Below are positions 22,443 to 34,610 of a stretch of DNA of 64,000 bases, piece by piece. Position 1 is the first letter of the stretch, and each line of letters opens with the position of its first letter. The position numbers and the translations under genes are program-made. Below the pieces are notes generated by a model. That model was not told the origin of the DNA, did not search any database, and worked only from the letters and a program-made list of their open reading frames with translations. This DNA is from Eremomyces bilateralis CBS 781.70 (Eukaryota), in the NCBI GenBank assembly GCA_010015585.1, contig ML975154.1, one strand, 5' to 3'.

Positions 22443-25400
22443 ATGGCTCCGAAGGGTTCCCCCAGCACCCAGCCAGAATATGGCAAACATCCTTTCCAAT
22501 TGACCGTGGAGGAGCTCTCCGAGGAGCTCCACACCAATATCGAAAGCGGCTTGTCTGCGGAAGAGATTCGCAATGCCCAGGAGAAGTATGGAGAGAACAA
22601 GCTCAAGGGGGAAGAGGGCGTGAAGTGGTACAAAATCCTATCCAAACAGATTTCCAATGCCATGGTTCTTGTGAGTATGAGCACCCCCGAATGAGAAATC
22701 AAGACTAAAATCATGTCTTAGGTTCTTATCCTTGCAATGGCTCTATCGTACGGTGTTTCTGATTACATCGAAGGCGGTGTCATTACCGCCGTGATATTGC
22801 TCAATGTCGGCATCGGCTTCTATCAAGAGTACAACGCGGAAAAGAAGATGGACTCTCTGCGTGCCTTGTCTTCCCCAACGGCAAACGTAATCCGCAATGG
22901 CACCGCCGACCACATCCCTTCGCCAGGCGTCGTTCCTGGTGATATCGTCGTTCTCAAGACTGGCGACACCATCCCCGCGGACCTGAGACTCTTCGATGTC
23001 ATGAACCTCGAATGCGACGAAAAGATCTTGACTGGCGAAGCGATGCCAGTCGTGAAGGAGGTGGACACCGACTACGCTGACCAGAACGAGCTCGAAATTG
23101 GCATCGGTGACCGCCTGAACATGGCATATGCATCGGCCACGGTGACAAAGGGACGAGGAAGTGGGATTGTCGTTTTCACGGCCATGAAGACTGAGATCGG
23201 AAAGATCGCGGAATCCATGCATGGCAAGGAACGGAAAGAGAATAGATCCCTGTCCAGAAAGAAGTATGGTCCACTCCAACCCGCGAAGGGCGCGTTTCTC
23301 CGGTCCTGGGATGGTGTTGGTGCCTTCTTGGGTCTGACCGAAGGCACCCCCCTTCAAATCAAGCTATCCAAGCTGGCATACATCCTGCTCTTCTTCGCTC
23401 TTCTTCTTGCTCTCATCGTCTTCGCGGTCAACCGATTCAACGTCACCAAGGAGGTCGCCATTTACGCAATTTCAACCGGTATTGCGATGATCCCCGAGTC
23501 CCTTGTGGCGGTGCTCACCATTACATTCGTGGGCGGCATGGTATCGATGAGGGACAAGAACGTCCTGACACGGAAACTGGCTGCTCTGGAGGCTCTTGGT
23601 GGTACGACAAACATCTGCAGTGACAAAACGGGGACGATTACCCAAGGGTCAATGATCACACGAAAGGCTTTCATCCCCGGAAACGGTGTGTACACAGTGA
23701 GCGGCTCGGAAGATGCCTTCGATCCCACTCAAGGCACTGTTTCACTCGGCGTGCAGAAGTCTAAGGAAGAAGCCGAAGCCGAACTCATCGCGAGACGGGA
23801 AGAGCTCGATCGATTGCGAAGTTCTGCTGCGCTCACTTTCAAAGAACCCGAGAACAAACCACAACGGAATAATCGACCGGAGGAGCCTGAGACGGAAAAG
23901 GTGCCCCTCGATGTCACGGAAAATCCGGAAATGACATCCGAGCTTGAAGCCTATCTCCATGCAGCTGCCCTCTGCAACCTGGCCACGGTGCGTAGGAACG
24001 AGAAAGAGAATAAGTGGCAGACCACCGGTGACCCAACGGAGACCGCGCTGCAAGTGTTTGCACACCGATTCGGGCAGGGAAAGAAAAGCCTTGCATCGAA
24101 AGGCTGGAAGCAGGTTGGAGAGTACCCATTTGACAGTACTGTCAAGCGTATGTCTGTCATCTACAAGACTCCCGACAAAGCCGAAACTCTAGTATTCACG
24201 AAGGGTGCCGTGGAGAGGATCTTGGACCTATGTGTATCCGTGGGGCTTGGTGAGCACAACATTGAGATGACCGAAGAAGTCAAAGACGGCATTCTTGAAC
24301 AGATGACTCTTCTCGCCGAACAAGGACTCCGCGTCCTTGCTATTGCCCGGAAGAATTGGCCTACGGATAGCAAAGTCACGGATGAGATTCCACGAGACGA
24401 TATCGAATGTGGACTAACTTTACTGGGACTGGCTGGAATCTACGATCCGCCACGACAGGAGACGAAAGACGCTGTCAGAGGTACGTCTACAATTATATCC
24501 ACAGCAGAGAAGCACGCCTTGCTAATTTTACACAGATTGTACTCGCGCGGGGATCAAAGTCCACATGCTCACAGGGGACCATCCCTCCACGGCAGCGGCA
24601 ATCGCCAAAGAAGTCGGCATCATCCCCAAAGACATGAGCCATCTGTCTGAAGCGGTCGCAGCATCGCTGGTCAAGACCGCAACCGAATTCGACGGCCTCA
24701 CTGACGAAGAAATTGACAATCTCCCGTCGCTTCCGTTGGTCATTGCTCGCTGTGCTCCTCACACCAAGACACGAATGATCGCTGCCTTGCATCGACGGAA
24801 GCTGTTCGCGGCAATGACCGGAGACGGTGTAAACGATGCACCTTCTCTGCAGGCGGCGGACGTGGGCATTGCCATGGGCCTGGCTGGTAGCGACGTTGCC
24901 AAAGGCGCGAGCGATATTGTCTTAACGGACGATAACTTTTCGAGCATCGTTGGGGCGATCCAAGAGGGACGACGCATCTTCGACAACGTCCAGCGTTTCG
25001 TTCTACATCTTCTCACCAGCAACGTAGGCGAAGTTGTGCTGCTGATTTGCGGCTTGGGATTCCAAGACGAGCAAAACTTCTCGGTCTTCCCTCTGTCTCC
25101 GCTTCAGATCTTGTGGATTAACATGGTGACGTCTGGGTTCCCTGCATTCGGACTGGGGAAAGAGAAAGCCGCCTGGGACATTATGTCTCGACCTCGTAAG
25201 TTTCTTGTCACCGAATGAAAGAGCCTTTGCTGACTGTCAACAGCGCACGACAATAGAAAAGGTGTTTTCACCTGGCAGATCATCTGTGATATGATGGTCT
25301 ACGGTCTCCTTATGGGGATGCTGACGCTATTCACCTTCCTCACCATCGTTTATGGTCCGGGAAACGGCAACCTTGGTATAGACTGCAATCGGTCGTACAG

Positions 25401-25993
25401 CGATGAATGCGACACGGTGTTCCGCGCGCGTGCTGCCGTCTTTGCGGAATTGACCTGGCTGATTCTGATCTCGGCTTGGGAGATAAAGTCGATTCGACGA
25501 AGCATGTTTCGATTGGATCCGACGAGTGAGAACCGATTCCCCTTCTTTAAGGACGTCTATGAGAACAAGTTCTTGTTCTATTCCGTTGTCCTGGGAAGCT
25601 TGGTGGTGTTCCCTTGCGTTTACATCCCCGGACTGAACACAAATGTGTTCAAGCACAAGGGTAAGCGATGCTTCCAGGTGATTCAACGATCCCCTCCGCT
25701 AACATTCATATCTAGGGATCTCATGGGAATGGGCGCTATCTGTCGGAGCGGTCTTCATCTTCGTCTTCGGCATGGAGATGTGGAAGCTCGCCAAGCGGCA
25801 GTTCGGCTGGTTCGCTGATGCGCAGGAAATGGAGCGGCTAGAGCAGGCCCACCGAGGATTGAGTCTGCGGCAAGGCTTCTTCTCCTTCTCGAAGTCCAGC
25901 ACCTTCGCGAAAGAGCCATCCGGAACGGCATCAGTGAATGGAGCGACGGGCGGCCTGAACAAAGAACAATTGGGGAATTCGTCGGCGGTTTAA
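22443..25993 (+). CDS. ENA1: ENA-type (P2D) Na+/K+-exporting P-type ATPase; introns 22671-22721, 24481-24535, 25196-25243, 25661-25715
   Basis: [58 protein letters not shown] (ENA signature MIEALHRR), [18 protein letters not shown]; canonical splicing. Confidence 0.93.
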
Positions 25994-26831
25994 ACCCCGA
26001 GTCGGAGCCGACATTTGCCTGTTTGAATGTCACTGGACGAACGTCTCACAGTCCACGGAGATGCTGATCAATGACGTAAGAGTACGGAATATGAGACCGG
26101 TGATGCCGACGGGACTTGGTATATGGTACATAATTCTATCTCGCATGCTCTGCTATTATGGGATATACTAGTACTGAGAGTACATATGAAGGGCTTTAAG
26201 TCTCCTGCACCATGTACGTAATGACAGAATTAGTAATTCTCAGCTTTAACTAGCTAACAAATAGCGACTCTATCGTGCGGAGGGCGCTCAGCGTGTGACG
26301 TTCGTCTATCGGAAGCGATGCCCAATCGGGAATTCGCGGGGTTGTGGCTGATGATGTGGAGTCTGGAGACGTGGAGTTCCAGACTTCCAGTCCAGCCCAG
26401 CGCGAGTACATTCTAAATCCGTCAACCATCCGGATGGACTCGAATGGAATATCACAGGTTTGCCCGTTACATCTCCTTTGTCATATTAAACACAAGCCAA
26501 CCACAAGGAGTATCATCCAAAGTGTTGCCTAAGTGAATGCTTGTTGATCGCCAGCTCCGGCGGTCACCATGTGCCCCACGTTTGTACTCATCACATTCAG
26601 CGTGATAGAAACATATGAAACCCCATCATCGTTGGAAATTATCAACCACTACACCCTGGGGACTACGCATCCCGAATCTTTGGCTTTCAGTATGCTGCTA
26701 CCTTTATCCTGAGAGCTCCAATGCGCGAGACTTCCACTTCCCAATCCTCTCTGTCGAGTTGGATATCCCGCAAACGTCAACGGACCTCCCGCACGCCAGA
26801 TCCACAGCTCCTCTCGCGGACAACCTCCAGC

Positions 26832-28358
26832 ATGGCGGCATTTGCAAAAGCTGCTACGACTACTGGTTCGGGCCGAATCAACCACCTGCCGACCGAGTTG
26901 CTACTGCAGATCTTCAATCACCTTCGATCCAGCTCTGCTCGGGGTAGTCTGCTGAACTGCATGTGCGTCTCTCGCCAATGGAATGAGCTATGCCTTCCGA
27001 TCCTCCACAATCATGTGGTCGTCGCGATCCCGTGCCAGGCTCCCGATCGATACCACCCCCAGATGGAGACGCTTGCAGCGAGCGGAGGTCGCATCGACTG
27101 GAGTGAGCGCATCGCTTCCTTCACCGTCCTCCTCGATCCTTGCAGCGAGGCATATGCGCCTCCTCCGCCGACTTTCGCGGAGCGGGTGCGCCGGATTCCT
27201 TCGGGTGTGAAGAAAGATCACGAGGGATTCGAGCAAGCTGCGGCGGCGCTGACTCGCATGAAGAATATCACTACTCTCTCGATCAAAACGCGTTCCACAG
27301 GGGTTCAGATACCATGGTGTCCGCAGGAGGGAATCTTCAAAACCATCAGTGCGACGCCAAGTACCGTGGTGAATCTGGAGATCGACACTCTTAGCGCGGA
27401 CACGCTCTCAACGCGGCACATCCATCTCTGCAATGCGTTGGCACCTCTCCTCCCTCAGCTAAAGCTGCTCCGACTGCGGATCCGGTTTCTTTGTGACGAC
27501 CTCTTCTCCGCGCTGGAGGACGAACATGCCACTTCATGCCTCGAGAAGATCTCGATCCGACTTGGCTACAAATACAACTCCATCTACTACCCCCTCGTCG
27601 CCTGCACGAAGCGCTGCGGATCGGACAACAACGCACCGCCGTACGATGCTCGCATCGCCCTCGCTCGAAAATCCCGGGAATTGTACGAGGGACGAAAATT
27701 CCCAAACATCACGGCTTTTACGTTTGTCGACCGGCAAGATCTCTTCCTTGGCAATACGTTTTTACACAGTCGGGCCTTCAAAGTGTACGATGTGATCGAG
27801 AATCAAACCCTCACGATCCCCTGGCGTGCAATGCCCTCTCCTCCCGCCGGTACCGTGGGCCTTCCACGCTATTACGCGATGCGAATTCCCGAGGGGTTTC
27901 TTCGAGGGAGTCGATTGGACGACGAATTGGCCGAGGATCGAACCGAAATTATCACCAATGACTTGGAAGCGTTGGGGTCGGTGGTGGAGCGTCAAGAGTG
28001 GTACAGCGCATACGGCGAAGCTCGTCTTCCGCTTTCTGTCCTGTACCCTCGCACCTATTCCCGCGCGCTTCTCCGATTCAGCCACCCTTATTCCGGCCTT
28101 GCGGGCGATGAACCCAATCTTATTCGACCTTCTCAGTATCGCGAGTGGTTAGATACCATCACCGAGCCGATCTGGCTGCTCGAGTCGGCTACCGGAGCCA
28201 AAGTCCTTGAGTCGAGGGTAAATTATGGCTTCGAGGATACGGAGCCTGGGATGATCGAGATGCCTGAAGGGTTGCGGTATGAGTACGACGAGGAGGGCGC
28301 AACAGTGCATCTGATGTTGCAGGATGGGGTGCCCGGAATCAAAATTCAGGGCTGGTGA
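26832..28358 (+). CDS. F-box domain protein (start could be 26721)
   Basis: INHLPTELLLQIFNHL...LLNCMCVSRQWNELCLPIL followed by leucine-rich repeat-like segments (HLCNALAPLLPQLKLLRLRIRFLCDDLF). Confidence 0.8.
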   Translation: MAAFAKAATTTGSGRINHLPTELLLQIFNHLRSSSARGSLLNCMCVSRQWNELCLPILHNHVVVAIPCQAPDRYHPQMETLAASGGRIDWSERIASFTVLLDPCSEAYAPPPPTFAERVRRIPSGVKKDHEGFEQAAAALTRMKNITTLSIKTRSTGVQIPWCPQEGIFKTISATPSTVVNLEIDTLSADTLSTRHIHLCNALAPLLPQLKLLRLRIRFLCDDLFSALEDEHATSCLEKISIRLGYKYNSIYYPLVACTKRCGSDNNAPPYDARIALARKSRELYEGRKFPNITAFTFVDRQDLFLGNTFLHSRAFKVYDVIENQTLTIPWRAMPSPPAGTVGLPRYYAMRIPEGFLRGSRLDDELAEDRTEIITNDLEALGSVVERQEWYSAYGEARLPLSVLYPRTYSRALLRFSHPYSGLAGDEPNLIRPSQYREWLDTITEPIWLLESATGAKVLESRVNYGFEDTEPGMIEMPEGLRYEYDEEGATVHLMLQDGVPGIKIQGW

Positions 28359-28449
28359 ACGATCACGACTACTGTTATTTTCTTGACCGTTTGCACAATT
28401 GGTTTAGATAGGTGTGCTTTGTTGGACATTTACTCATCACCGCGTTCAC

Positions 28450-28476
28450 CTTTCAGTCTTTTCAGTCTTTTCAGTC
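28450..28476. repeat. 9-bp tandem repeat (TTTCAGTCT) x3
   Basis: ctttcagtcttttcagtcttttcagtc downstream of the F-box gene. Confidence 0.75.
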
Positions 28477-28830
28477 GTTGTTTATTCGGCAAGAGTACTC
28501 TTCACACCATGTCGATCATTACAGACATAGTACATTTGCGCTGATTTCATTGTGTGGAAAAGCTCGAGAAATGGTCAGGGTTGACGATGGCGTTGTATGA
28601 TACCCAAGGGATGAAAGGGTACTGGATAATGCTTTTATGAAGGAGCACGGTTCTATGTACTGTTAGGTATAGAGAGCGTGCTTCAATGGGATATAAGATA
28701 CGAGTAACGGCAATATGATACATGTACATTACCAAAACCAAGCCAATTCACCCAAAGATCTTGCTCAAATGCGTAGACCCATGCATATCGCTGACGCCAA
28801 ACATCATGCTCTTGGATATCCCGTGCAGTT

Positions 28831-29748
28831 TCAACCCGCAATGACTTTCTTCGCCTGCTCCACGATCCGCTTTACTTCCTCACTCCCTTTCTTCACCACC
28901 TCGTCCATCTTTTTTCCCGCATTCCTCAAATCGTCCGGCCGAACCGACTTGTCGACCGTCCGCGCTCGGATCCTCTTCTGATGCGCACCCCGCGCTTCCC
29001 GGATGCCGTGCAGCGCGGCCTCCTCGGCTTTTTGCGCGGCATCCAATGCCTTCTGCCGTGTCTCGGCAGTTGTTGGCGGTAGCTTCACGGGAATGGTGAG
29101 GGGGTTGTCCGGGGTGGGTGATTCGGCCGCGAGGTGATGCTCGGAGGATTGCAAGGCTGTTCGAATGGCTTTGACGTACTGCGATAGTTAGCATCTGTCT
29201 AACTACGTGCGGTTCGCAGAGTAAACAGCACGTACCGACTCCTCCCCCACGATGACCTGCATATTCCGACCCCGTGGGATCACCTGAGCCAGATCTCCAA
29301 GCCGCACCACCGCCGCGCTTCCGCCCGGCTGCTTGGGCAAATGCACCTTCAGATCCTCCACCACATCCGGATTGAACCGGCCGCCTGTCCGGAGCTGCGC
29401 CAGCGCATGGCTTAGCTTTTCGATTGATGTGAGGATGGACGATTCGACGTTCGACAGGTCGTAGATCTGGTCTGTGGGTGTGAGCCCCACGGCGGGAGGT
29501 CCGGGAGGGGAGGAGTCGGATTTGGCGTGGGAGAGATTCGATTTGCCGGATTTCTTGAGGAGGGAGGGCGAGGTTGCGAACGAACGGCGGGCTAGCTGGG
29601 CTCCATAGCGGAAAGACGAAGCTTTACGGACAGCTTGCGTGATAGGGGCGCGTCGGCCGGGGAAGGATTCTTTGCAGAAGCAGCAGATTGGGCCGGAAAT
29701 ATTGGAGGCACGCAGCAGAGATCGCCCGGTAGGCGGCATGAAGGACAT
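28831..29748 (-). CDS. RRF1: Mitochondrial ribosome recycling factor; intron 29235-29179
   Basis: Basic presequence; LAQLRTGGRFNPDVVEDLKV, RLGDLAQVIPRG, LPPTTAETRQ, GIREARG...KKMDEVVKK. Confidence 0.85.
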
Positions 29749-30240
29749 TATTGCTCCGGTTTGAGGATGGGCAAAGGGGACTTGAATTCAGTCCTGTTGT
29801 GTTTTATTTTGATGCTCGAGATGAGGATGTTTGGAGAATATTCCCATTGGCCAATGACACGACATGGACGTTGGGGATCATGGTGATCTCATTATTGCAT
29901 TGCACTGCCACCAACATCATCCAATAAATACTGTATTCATCCTCCTTTCCGAATGCCATTCAAGTTTCAACCCGTGCCGCTCTGAAACGGATGAATATAG
30001 TTTAAAAGCTCGATGTTCGATATGCCATGTCGCTGTCGGCTACGCGCTATTCAAGCTAGCCCATCGACCTCGTATCCGTATATGCTATCGTCAGTCGTCA
30101 CCTTGGCACTTGACTAAGCTGTGAAGCCAGCTTTACCATAATTAAAGGGGCTGAGTCCGTATTCAAACTTGAATATCTGGCGACTGGACAGGCGCCTAGG
30201 TCTATGGTAAAGATTATGAATTGGAGCGTTGGAGAATACA

Positions 30241-31551
30241 ATGGCACGAGCAGTCCACATGGATATGGCGGTATGGACATTCAACTCATTAAGAATGGGT
30301 CGAGGGAGCGCTAACATCTCGAAGCAATCTACAACGACGGCCCCAGATAATCGGGACTTGGACCCTCCTCAATGTTCCCCCATCCTTTCCGACGCGACAA
30401 CCTTGGTCTCCTCGTCCGAAGGTCGGATTGATGACGCTGCCCGGATTTCACGGTATCATATGTACCACCGGAAGCATGGCAACACCCACTATACATTGAC
30501 CCCGATCATTCTCCCCCAGAAAGAAAACCTATTCCATCCTCCCAAGGCTTTCCGAAAGGATCGCAAGACCGCAGATGACCCCTCCTTAGCCGAAGACCTT
30601 CACGATCAGACCTTCTATGTGCATAAGCCGACATTGATTTTTCATCATCCCCCACGAACGCTGCGTCGTGGGTCCTCGAAGCACGCAAGTCCTGTTTGTT
30701 TGACTCGCAATTCGGGTTTCTGGCGGCGATGGACCCTGCAGTTCAGCTCCCGACTCGGTGATGAGGGTGTATTGGATCCAAGAGGGGTGGTAGCTCGGGA
30801 GGTCGATGCTGGAAAAGCGGCAGGAGAAGGGCGATTGAAGGGATATGGGGTTCGTAGGTGGAGGATTCTAGGCGAGTCGGGCAAAGAGCATTACAATAAG
30901 GCTCGCCAGTGCAGGAAAGAGGAGAAGAAATCAAAATCAAACAAGAAACAAAGGTCGCATAATATGGCTCCCAAGGACTCAGTATCGGAAGCGGACCAGA
31001 TTATCGCCGATCAGGTGGTCCATTTGGATTGGACCTCCCCCTTCTCACGAGATACACGGCGGTATCACTTTCGGTATGCTGACATTGAGTTCTACTGGAA
31101 GGGTACTGGAACGGTCAGGGAGACGAAACAACTGGGATACCTGTGCAAGTTCAACCACCTGAAACTAGTTGCGCGGGTCCCTGTCTCTAGTGGTAGGTCT
31201 GACGACGAGGATAAAAGTGATAATGAACCTGGCCTGGATATGCGCGACCTCATCCTCGGGAAGTATACCTCATCCATTGCCTGTCGCAAGTCCGGCATCC
31301 TAGAACTCTATGACGGCGCGATCCTGAAGTTTCTTGAGGAGTATGTGCCGAAGGAGAGCTTGGAGGACTGGAAACATCTCGACACAGACGATGAGCTGGA
31401 AGCCATCCGGCAAACACGGCTCTACGAAGTCATTGTGGCAACAGCGATTTGCATGATAGTTGGCGAATGGCAGAAGAGACAGGCGGTCAAAAAGGTTATC
31501 GCAGCGATCGTTGGGGAGGGTGCAGGTGGTGGTGGGGATGCAGGAGGTTAA
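30241..31551 (+). CDS. Uncharacterised fungal protein (exact start uncertain)
   Basis: 440-aa ORF with globular-looking segments (FHHPPRTLRRG, WTSPFSRDTRRYHFRYADIEFYWKGTG, IVATAICMIVGEWQKR); possible in-frame intron 30271-30324. Confidence 0.7.
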   Translation: MARAVHMDMAVWTFNSLRMGRGSANISKQSTTTAPDNRDLDPPQCSPILSDATTLVSSSEGRIDDAARISRYHMYHRKHGNTHYTLTPIILPQKENLFHPPKAFRKDRKTADDPSLAEDLHDQTFYVHKPTLIFHHPPRTLRRGSSKHASPVCLTRNSGFWRRWTLQFSSRLGDEGVLDPRGVVAREVDAGKAAGEGRLKGYGVRRWRILGESGKEHYNKARQCRKEEKKSKSNKKQRSHNMAPKDSVSEADQIIADQVVHLDWTSPFSRDTRRYHFRYADIEFYWKGTGTVRETKQLGYLCKFNHLKLVARVPVSSGRSDDEDKSDNEPGLDMRDLILGKYTSSIACRKSGILELYDGAILKFLEEYVPKESLEDWKHLDTDDELEAIRQTRLYEVIVATAICMIVGEWQKRQAVKKVIAAIVGEGAGGGGDAGG

Positions 31552-32150
31552 AGATCTGTGTTTGCTTGGTCATATGCATATCCTTGATAACGGCTAGAAG
31601 GTTCTGCACGACATCATCTACATATGCTATCCTACTCCGAACGGTTCAATTATATGCTTTTTATTTTCTAATTTTATGGGGAATTGTGCTGGACAATATC
31701 ATGAATGTTCATTCTGGACTTGAAGAGTCGCGGGGTTGCAATATCTCAGTACAGATGTCGGAACCTACACGCAGACTACCTTGGTCATCTCACCAGCATT
31801 TGGATACTGGAAATTGGAATATTTTTCCATTTGCTATCTCAAATTTCCGAATTCCCTGTGATAATACATGCTAATTACTTCTAAGTGTATTTGCGTGATG
31901 CTGTGCAATTGAAACCCAGTTGTTAATACCCTCCCCATGATTGGACATCGTAACATCCATCAGGTGACTCTATGAGTTGATCCACTCTTGCAGACCGCTC
32001 ACCACAATGAACTCCATGAACAATGCCATATCACCTCCATGAACTTTACCCTCATAAACACGCACGAACTCAAACTCAAACCATTCCCCATATCATTGCT
32101 GCTTCAACAGAGAATCCATACTCATACTGTGAGGTCTCCGTGACCACGAT

Positions 32151-34466
32151 TTACCCTTCGTATTGTCTCGGGAACCCCTCATTGTAGGCACGCAAGCCAT
32201 CAGGCCAGCTCCTGTCCCTGATCACTCGCACGCCGGCCAGCTGGAGCGTCAAGATGTCTTCGAGCTCGGTGGTCTTCGGCGAGTATCCAGTCCAGTCGAG
32301 AATGACGTACTTCAACTTCGTTAGCTCACCAAGCTGGCTTGCAATGAACCGGAGGAGCATCCCGTCGAAGATGGAGCGGTGCTCCAACCTGATGCACTTG
32401 ATGGATGCGGGCACAACCTCTTCGGTGAATGAAGCAATGTCTCGTTCGGGGTTCATCATGAGAGACTCCGCAGTAGAGACAATGACTTCGAGATTCTCCA
32501 ACTCGAGGAGTGAGCCGGTGGTGATAGCGGGATTTTGGATCAGCCGATCCTGATGGTATTGATCGAAAGTGAGCCACTTCAACGTCTTCTCGTGCATCTG
32601 GAGCACGCCAGAGATGTTGCCCCAACCGTATGTTTCATCGGCTAGGAACAGTTCGAAACTTTCCAGGCCTTTAAAACCATAGAGCATCTCAGGTACAGGA
32701 CAGTCATATGCCGTCATAAGCTGGAGCTTGAGGTGCTTTAGATTCACCCGGGTCTCTGTTTCAGGGAACTCGAAGGAAGAGTCCGTTGTAATCGTCAAAG
32801 ACACAAGAGCTTGGAATTCGTGGCCTGGCCCACACTCGAAGAGGAGGCCGAGCGTTGAAGCAATGGCCCTACCAGACAGCGACAAATGAGTCACATGGTA
32901 CTGGTTGAGGGAGAACCCGGTCTCCGGCATACCCGGTGGTACAAGGAATCCACGGAAGATATCCGAGTGGGATTGAATACTGCCACTGCCGTCGTCCACG
33001 ATCGGATCGTCCATGGAATCGAGATGGATCCACTTAGTCTTATGAAACAAGACACCCAGGATAGCCATCCAAATCTTCTCCCAGTCCTCGCCATCAAACT
33101 CATCGAATTTGTCGAAACGCCCCAACCGGTGGTAGAGAGCCCTGGCCAGAGGTGGATCCTTCTGTTCCAATGCCAAAACCAGATCGCGGATGTTTTGAAC
33201 GGGCTCGTGCAGCCAAATATTACACCCGTGAGTTCGAAAGTTGTTAATGCTCAGGGAGTTGGTTTTGTCGATGAACTCTAGAACCTCCGGGTGATGAGCA
33301 ATGAGATTAACGAAGGAGTGAATATTGCAGTCTGAGAATGGGAACCGAAGTGCTTGGTGACCAAGTGTGATATCCTCAAAGAGGTAAGGCAACCCGATGC
33401 GATGGAATACTTTTCCCACTCTCGTGAGCCTGCTAATGTCTGTAATGGAGTCCAAAAGCTTGAAGACCTCATTGATAAGCTCTTCGGGAATGTCTGCCAG
33501 TGACTTTGGTTTGCGGACAACAGGCGCTTTGGACTCCGAAGACGTTGCGTTGACCAACTGATTGTGGTCCTCGCCTCGCTTTGGGTCATAGAGTACGAGA
33601 GCCCAAGAGTGACTAGTATCAGATCCGTCATCGGATTCACCCAAAGCATCTTTGGAGCGATCAGCCACGCCGTTACCCTTGCGGTAAGCAGAAGGCACCA
33701 CATTGCGTTCAACCAGCGTCTCATCGGAGTAGTTATCGTCACTCTCTTCAGGAGCCACGCAGCCCTGAGCCTTTGTGAAGGACCAGGTTGGGGAGAAGAA
33801 CCCGAAAAAACTGTTGGCCCCATTGAAAGTGAGAGTTCTCCCCAATGAGACAGCAATGTGGTTAATCTCGGGCACATCCGAGCCATCCGTCAAAATAGAC
33901 TCATCGGACGTGGACTCAGTTTCATCAGAGAGATCCACCAGCCTTACTCATCAGTCAGTTTGATGCCATCAAAGAGATAGCCACTTTCAACTCACTTCTT
34001 AGACGAGGGTCCTCCCGCATCAGCCGACTCATCGGAATTGGTCTCATCAATTGACCCATGGAACTCGGTCTCAAGTTCATCTATGGAATCAGCAAGCCTT
34101 GTTCACCAGTCAGTTCAATGTCATCAAAGGGACGGTCACAATCTCAACTCACTTCTTAGACGACGATTGCCCGCCGGCATCCATCTTGCTCGATTCATTA
34201 GACCTGGTCTTTGTTTCATCGACATCGACAGGCCTTACTCATCAGTCAGTTCAATCTCTCACAGGGACGAACACAATTTCAACTCACTTCTTGGATGACG
34301 AGGACCCGCTTGTATCCATCATCATGGTCTCATCATGTGAAGTGATTGCCAGTTCTATGAGGTCTACAGGCCTTTTGCATGTGTCAACTTCATAACGGCA
34401 TGGAGATGGGATGATCTCAACTGACTTGATGGGCGAAGATGGCCTGGAGTCAATGGCGTTTGCCAT
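32151..34466 (-). CDS. F-box/LRR-like protein (~717 aa) with repetitive acidic N-terminus; exons 34466-34288, 34233-34153, 34097-33996, 33942-32151
   Basis: SLADIPEELINEVFKLL...ISRLTRVGKVFHRIGLPYLFEDI F-box; C-terminal NLKHLKL/GLESFEL/TLKWLTF/NLEVIV repeats; three GTGAGT...CTGAC...AAG introns join the upstream exons in frame. Confidence 0.8.
33920..34310 (-). repeat. Three diverged tandem exon+intron duplication units (~135-157 bp)
   Basis: Repeated gcctt..tca.cagtcagtt...tcaactcacttctt.ga.ga starting near 33941, 34096 and 34232. Confidence 0.9.
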
Positions 34467-34480
34467 CCTGAGAGCTAACC

Positions 34481-34610
34481 GTGAAGGAGTGTCAAGGAGT
34501 ATCAAGGAGTGAAAGGGTGTCAAGGAGTGCCAGGTTGTCAAGGAGTGCCAGGTTATCAAGGAGTGCCAGGGTGTCAAGGAGTGCCAGGGTGTCAAGGAGT
34601 GCCTTCAAGG
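34481..34610. repeat. Minisatellite of 18-bp units (GTCAAGGAGTGCCAGGGT-like), preceded by 10-bp truncated units
   Basis: Core aaggag(t) recurs about 8 times, immediately 5' of the F-box ATG at 34466. Confidence 0.92.

Noticed and set aside
34481..34610. CRISPR-like array
   Set aside because: Units are contiguous without unique spacers, and the context is eukaryotic; it is a minisatellite
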